NCBI GenBank assembly: GCA_902635945.1
Contig: CACPPU010000001.1
Coordinates: 35,098-99,097, forward strand
DNA length: 64,000 nucleotides
Direction: 5' to 3'
Source: an uncultured Candidatus Actinomarina sp.
Lineage (GTDB): Bacteria > Actinomycetota > Acidimicrobiia > Actinomarinales > Actinomarinaceae
In this document: in pieces, positions 59,900 through 64,000 of the stretch
Layout: each line of letters opens with the position of its first letter
Position numbering within the stretch: position 1 is the first letter of the stretch
Made by a program: the position numbers and the translations under genes
The notes under the pieces: generated by a model
Seen by the model: only the letters and a program-made list of their open reading frames with translations
The model's database searches: none
Told to the model about the DNA's origin: nothing

Positions 59900-61010
59900 T
59901 GTGTTCTTTTGGATATCCATCTGTATCAATAATATTATTAACTTTTTCAAAAATTTTACTATTTAACCATTCTTTTTTTATAAATTCTGGATAAACGGGT
60001 AATCTCTTTTTTAAGAGTTGACCTGTACTTGAAATATCTAATTTTAATTTATTTATATTTGGCCATAAATGATCTGGATTTACCCAATCAATAGTTAATG
60101 GAGATATTCCACCTAAATCATTAATGCCGCTTTTTAAAAATATTGTTATATCCGGTGAAAGATTTGGTGGAACTTGAAGAGATATATGTGAAGGGGCATA
60201 AATTCTAGTTGTGGCAATGATTCTTAAAAATAAATCATTTGTTATTTCAGAATTATTCTTCATTAATGTATTTTTCTTTGCTCTGAAATTTTGTAATATT
60301 ACTTCCTGAATTGCAGAGTTCTTTTTTACATAATCAATTAAATTTGATATATCATTTACAATTTCTTCTTTTGTTGAGGTTAAACCAAGAAGTAATCCAG
60401 TTGTGACTGGATATTTTTCTTCTAATGCATTGTTAAGGGTATCCAACCTTAAATCAATATATTTAGTATCTGTTTTGTAATGAGCTTTTCCCCTATCGTA
60501 TATATTTTTTGAAAATGACTCAATCATAACCCCACCAGATGGTGAGTGTTTTTTTAACTCCTTTATCTCTTGTTTGCTCATTAAACCAGGGTTGGCGTGA
60601 GGGAAAAGATTAAATTTCTCATTTACAACCTTCATAGAACTAATTAAATAATCATGAGTTGAGGAATGGCCTAATTCTTTAAGTTGGGTTAAAGCAAAAT
60701 CCCATTTGAGCTCCGGCTTATCTCCTAAAGTAAACAAAGCTTCATAGCAACCAGCTTCATCACCAGCTTCTGCTATTGAGAGAACCTCTTCTTGATTTAA
60801 ATAAGTTCCACCCTCTTTTGGAGATTTTACAAATGTACAATATCCACAATTATCTCTACACATTGTTGTTAGTGGAATAAATACTTTAGGGCTATATGTA
60901 ATATTGTCGCCAAAGTAATTTGTTTTCTTCTCATAAGCATTAGCCAACAGTTCTTCAGTTGAAACTTCTCCAAAGATGGAATCATTAATTTTTCTAGTTA
61001 ATTCTGTCAT
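59889..61010 (-). CDS. cofG: FO synthase subunit CofG
   Basis: ITYSPKVFIPLTTMCRDNCGYC, EALFTLGDKPE, QEVILQNF, QVPPNL, DLGGISP. Confidence 0.96.
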   Translation of the reverse strand: MTELTRKINDSIFGEVSTEELLANAYEKKTNYFGDNITYSPKVFIPLTTMCRDNCGYCTFVKSPKEGGTYLNQEEVLSIAEAGDEAGCYEALFTLGDKPELKWDFALTQLKELGHSSTHDYLISSMKVVNEKFNLFPHANPGLMSKQEIKELKKHSPSGGVMIESFSKNIYDRGKAHYKTDTKYIDLRLDTLNNALEEKYPVTTGLLLGLTSTKEEIVNDISNLIDYVKKNSAIQEVILQNFRAKKNTLMKNNSEITNDLFLRIIATTRIYAPSHISLQVPPNLSPDITIFLKSGINDLGGISPLTIDWVNPDHLWPNINKLKLDISSTGQLLKKRLPVYPEFIKKEWLNSKIFEKVNNIIDTDGYPKEHNEQ

Positions 61011-61079
61011 AAATATTGGTTTTAAGGTATATTATTAGTTGATTGTAACAACAATTAATCAATAATCTTGTGAGGGTTA

Positions 61080-62084
61080 ATGGCAAATGTTTCTTTAGTT
61101 GGCTTTGGGAGAATAGGTAGAGATCTATTTAGGCAAACATTGGGTGATACAGATATAAACATTGTATCTATTTCTGACACTGCTGATAAAGCTAACTTAA
61201 TTTATTTATTAAAGTACGACTCAATTTACGGAAAGCTAGATGCAGAAATTGAGGAATCTGAAACTGGTATTGTTGTTAATGGTAAAGAAATCATATTTAA
61301 TTCTTGGAAAAATGGTGACGAAGCAAATTGGGATGAACTAAACACTGACATCGTAGTTCTTGCAACTGGTAGACCAAAGACTAAAGAAGAAGTTGATAAA
61401 CATTTATCAAAAGGTTGTAAAAAAGTTATCGTTGCCTCAACTCCCGAAAATTTTGAAGATATACAAATATATGTGCCAGGTGCAAACGATGAAGCTATAG
61501 ATTTAAACTCAAGTGTATTTTCCTTAGGTTCCAATACAGCAAATGCTGTTGCACCTATTCTTAAAGCTTTAGATAGTAAAGTTGGGGTTGAAAGAGCATT
61601 TCTCACGACTGTTCATGGATATTCAAATTCAAACCGTTTAGCAGATGTAGCAGGTGAAGGTTTCAGACTTAACAGAGCAGCTGGTGAAAATATTATTCCA
61701 AGTATTACTAAGTCTTCTGAAGTTATATCAAATGTTCTTCCATTCATTCAAGGAAAGATAGCTTCCTCTTCTATGACCGTACCAATTCCTGACGGAAGTA
61801 CAGTTGACTTGACAATTGATATCAAAAACGAAACAAGTATTGAAGATATTAATATAATAATTGAGGATGCTTCCAATTCTGATTTAAAAAACATAATCGG
61901 ACTTACATATGATCCAATTGTTTCTTCTGATGTTGTAAGAAGCACGCTCTCTGGTTTAGTAGACGGATTAGCAACAATGGGTATTAATAATAAAAAAATT
62001 AAACTCATTATTTGGTTTGATAATGGTTGGGGTTATGCAGCTAGAATTGTCGATACAGTGAAAAAGCTTGGTCAGGTGTTATAA
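61080..62084 (+). CDS. GAPDH-like protein lacking the catalytic cysteine
   Basis: GFGRIGR, YLLKYDSIYG, WFDNGWGY retained, but SLGSNTANA replaces SNASCTTNC. Confidence 0.9.
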   Translation: MANVSLVGFGRIGRDLFRQTLGDTDINIVSISDTADKANLIYLLKYDSIYGKLDAEIEESETGIVVNGKEIIFNSWKNGDEANWDELNTDIVVLATGRPKTKEEVDKHLSKGCKKVIVASTPENFEDIQIYVPGANDEAIDLNSSVFSLGSNTANAVAPILKALDSKVGVERAFLTTVHGYSNSNRLADVAGEGFRLNRAAGENIIPSITKSSEVISNVLPFIQGKIASSSMTVPIPDGSTVDLTIDIKNETSIEDINIIIEDASNSDLKNIIGLTYDPIVSSDVVRSTLSGLVDGLATMGINNKKIKLIIWFDNGWGYAARIVDTVKKLGQVL

Positions 62085-63089
62085 GTGGGTAATGTAGCCA
62101 TAAACGGTTTTGGAAGAATTGGACGTTCTATATTAAGAATCATTGTTGAAAATAATTCTGATATAAATGTTGTTGCAATTAATGACCTCGGTAATTATGA
62201 AAATCTTGCATATCTTTTAAAACATGATTCTGTAATGGGCATTTTGGATAGTGATGTACAAGTTGATGGAGACAATCTTTTAGTTGGAGATAGAGTTATT
62301 AAACTTACCTCAATAAAAGATCCTGCTGAGCTTCCATGGAACGAATTAGATGTGGATGTTGTAATTGAATCAACTGGAATTTTTAGAGATAATGAATCCC
62401 TAAATAAACACTTAGATGCTGGTGCAAAAAAAGTATTGCTGACTGTACCACCCAAAGATGAAATTGACGCAACAATAGTTTTAGGTGTAAATGACGATGA
62501 CTTGAAGCCAGATGATAAAATCGTCTCTAACGCTTCATGTACTACAAACTGTCTAGCACCGATAGCTAAAGTACTGGATGATAATTTTGGAATCAAATCT
62601 GGTCTTATGACTACCGTTCATGCATATACTAACGATCAGGCACTGGCAGAAACAACACATAGTGACTTCAGAAGAGGCAGAAGTGCTACCCAAAATATAA
62701 TTCCTACTTCAACAGGCGCAGCTAAAGCAGTTGGTATGGTTTTACCTGAATTGAATGGTAAATTAGACGGCATGGCGATGAGAGTTCCAGTGCCAGATGG
62801 AAGTGTTGTTGATTTAGTAGTGGAGTTAGAAAAATCTGTATCTATAGATGATGTAAATAAAGCTGTAAAACAAGCTGCAGATAACGAGCTGAAAGGTATT
62901 TTAGAGTACTCTGAAGTTCCTCTTGTATCTACCGATATTTTAAATAATCCACATTCAAGTATTTATGATGCATCTTCTACACAATTATTAGAAGGAAATC
63001 ATGTCAAAGTTGTATGTTGGTACGACAACGAATGGGGTTACTCAAATAGGGTTGTAGATTTAATCGGAAATCTATTAAATAATGGATAA
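62085..63089 (+). CDS. gap: type I glyceraldehyde-3-phosphate dehydrogenase
   Basis: INGFGRIGR, SNASCTTNCLAP, TVHAYT, NIIPTSTGAA, MRVP, WYDNEWGY. Confidence 0.98.
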   Translation: MGNVAINGFGRIGRSILRIIVENNSDINVVAINDLGNYENLAYLLKHDSVMGILDSDVQVDGDNLLVGDRVIKLTSIKDPAELPWNELDVDVVIESTGIFRDNESLNKHLDAGAKKVLLTVPPKDEIDATIVLGVNDDDLKPDDKIVSNASCTTNCLAPIAKVLDDNFGIKSGLMTTVHAYTNDQALAETTHSDFRRGRSATQNIIPTSTGAAKAVGMVLPELNGKLDGMAMRVPVPDGSVVDLVVELEKSVSIDDVNKAVKQAADNELKGILEYSEVPLVSTDILNNPHSSIYDASSTQLLEGNHVKVVCWYDNEWGYSNRVVDLIGNLLNNG

Positions 63090-63498
63090 AAACCTTCCAA
63101 TCGCTCCGGAAGCAATTGGAAATTATGTAACCTATAAAAAAATTGGAAACTATGTCTACACATCTGGACATGTACCTATTACAGAACAAAAGAAATATAT
63201 AGGAAAGGTGCCAACTGAAATATCAATAGATGAAGCTTATAAAGCAGCAGAGTTATGCGCTGAACTTACAATTGCAACAATTAAAAAACACGGGTCTATT
63301 GATAACTTGCAGCCTGTGAATGTTATTGGTTTTGTAAATGCTAATGAAGATTTTGGAGATCACGCTCAAGTTCTTAACGGATTCACAGATAAACTTTCAG
63401 AATACTTTAGTGAAAAATCTACAAGATCAGCTGTAGGAGTTGCTAGCTTACCATTAAATGTATGTGTAGAAGTACAGTGTGTTTTTATCGATGAGTAA
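63082..63498 (+). CDS. RidA/YjgF family protein
   Basis: GNYV, YTSGH.P, GFVN, TRSAVGVASLP. Confidence 0.9.
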   Translation: MDKNLPIAPEAIGNYVTYKKIGNYVYTSGHVPITEQKKYIGKVPTEISIDEAYKAAELCAELTIATIKKHGSIDNLQPVNVIGFVNANEDFGDHAQVLNGFTDKLSEYFSEKSTRSAVGVASLPLNVCVEVQCVFIDE

Positions 63499-64000
63499 AT
63501 TAATAGGAATATCCACTGGTCTTAAAAATGTAGACATGGCGCCTGGTAATATTCCATGTGTTGTAATTAATCATGATTTTGTTAAAGCATGTAACAACTA
63601 TGGAAATACTGCTGTAATTTTTGGACCACACGAAAATTCAGAAACAATAGACGTATCAAAATTTGATGCAATAGTAATTTCAGGTGGTGGTGATATTAAT
63701 CCAAATATTTATGGAGAAGAAAAACTTGAAAAAACAATAAGAATTTCGGACCATAGGGATAGCACAGAGTTGACTATGCTTAAATCTGCAGAAAAACATA
63801 ATGTAAAAACTCTTGCTATATGTAGAGGACATCAATTACTAAATGTTTATAAAGGTGGAACACTTTATCAAGATCTTGAGGATAGTGGATTTACTAAAAT
63901 CAAACACGACAGACCGTTTGATGATGCACGTTCACATGTTCATGATGTAAATGTAGAAAGTAATTCAAAATTATATAAAATAATTCAAGAAAATGAAATA
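63491..64000 (+). CDS. gamma-glutamyl-gamma-aminobutyrate hydrolase family (peptidase C26), 3'-truncated
   Basis: Manual translation from ATG 63491: ISGGGDINP..YG, RD..E, LAICRGHQLLNV..GGTLYQDL. Confidence 0.9.
   Translation, partial: MSKLIGISTGLKNVDMAPGNIPCVVINHDFVKACNNYGNTAVIFGPHENSETIDVSKFDAIVISGGGDINPNIYGEEKLEKTIRISDHRDSTELTMLKSAEKHNVKTLAICRGHQLLNVYKGGTLYQDLEDSGFTKIKHDRPFDDARSHVHDVNVESNSKLYKIIQENEI

Noticed and set aside
1-64000. CRISPR arrays, IS elements, prophage, rRNA
   Set aside because: No repeat-spacer arrays, transposases, phage structural genes or rRNA-like segments seen by eye

Overview
Core-chromosome segment of an AT-rich, highly streamlined actinobacterium. F420 enzymes, Gram-positive-type SOS boxes, many leaderless promoters and almost no intergenic DNA point to a marine Acidimicrobiia such as Ca. 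Actinomarina (inference). It holds about 65 CDS and 3 tRNAs: the lexA/recA/miaAB/dapF block, a PhnDCEE transporter, ftsK-dapAB, an accessory stretch (VWA+MoxR pair, SbtA, phage-type DNA-hypermodification homologue, divergent umuC/umuD), the pnp-infB-nusA and rpsB-tsf-pyrH-frr regions, cofGH and two tandem gap genes. No IS, prophage, rRNA or CRISPR was seen. Top signals: (1) a missed lipoprotein selenoprotein (TlpA-like, UxxC, SECIS-like hairpin); (2) a catalytically dead GAPDH paralogue abutting the active gap; (3) a UmuDAb-like/umuC divergent cassette with its own palindromic operator, next to an HMUDK/aGPT-Pplase1-like gene; (4) a MoxR ATPase with reciprocally swapped Walker A/B residues beside a HEXXH-VWA protein; (5) CofH with an unexplained ~200-aa N-terminal domain; (6) non-AUG starts for dut and lepB, and a missed 35-aa membrane protein. 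All family assignments are by motif recognition, not database search.
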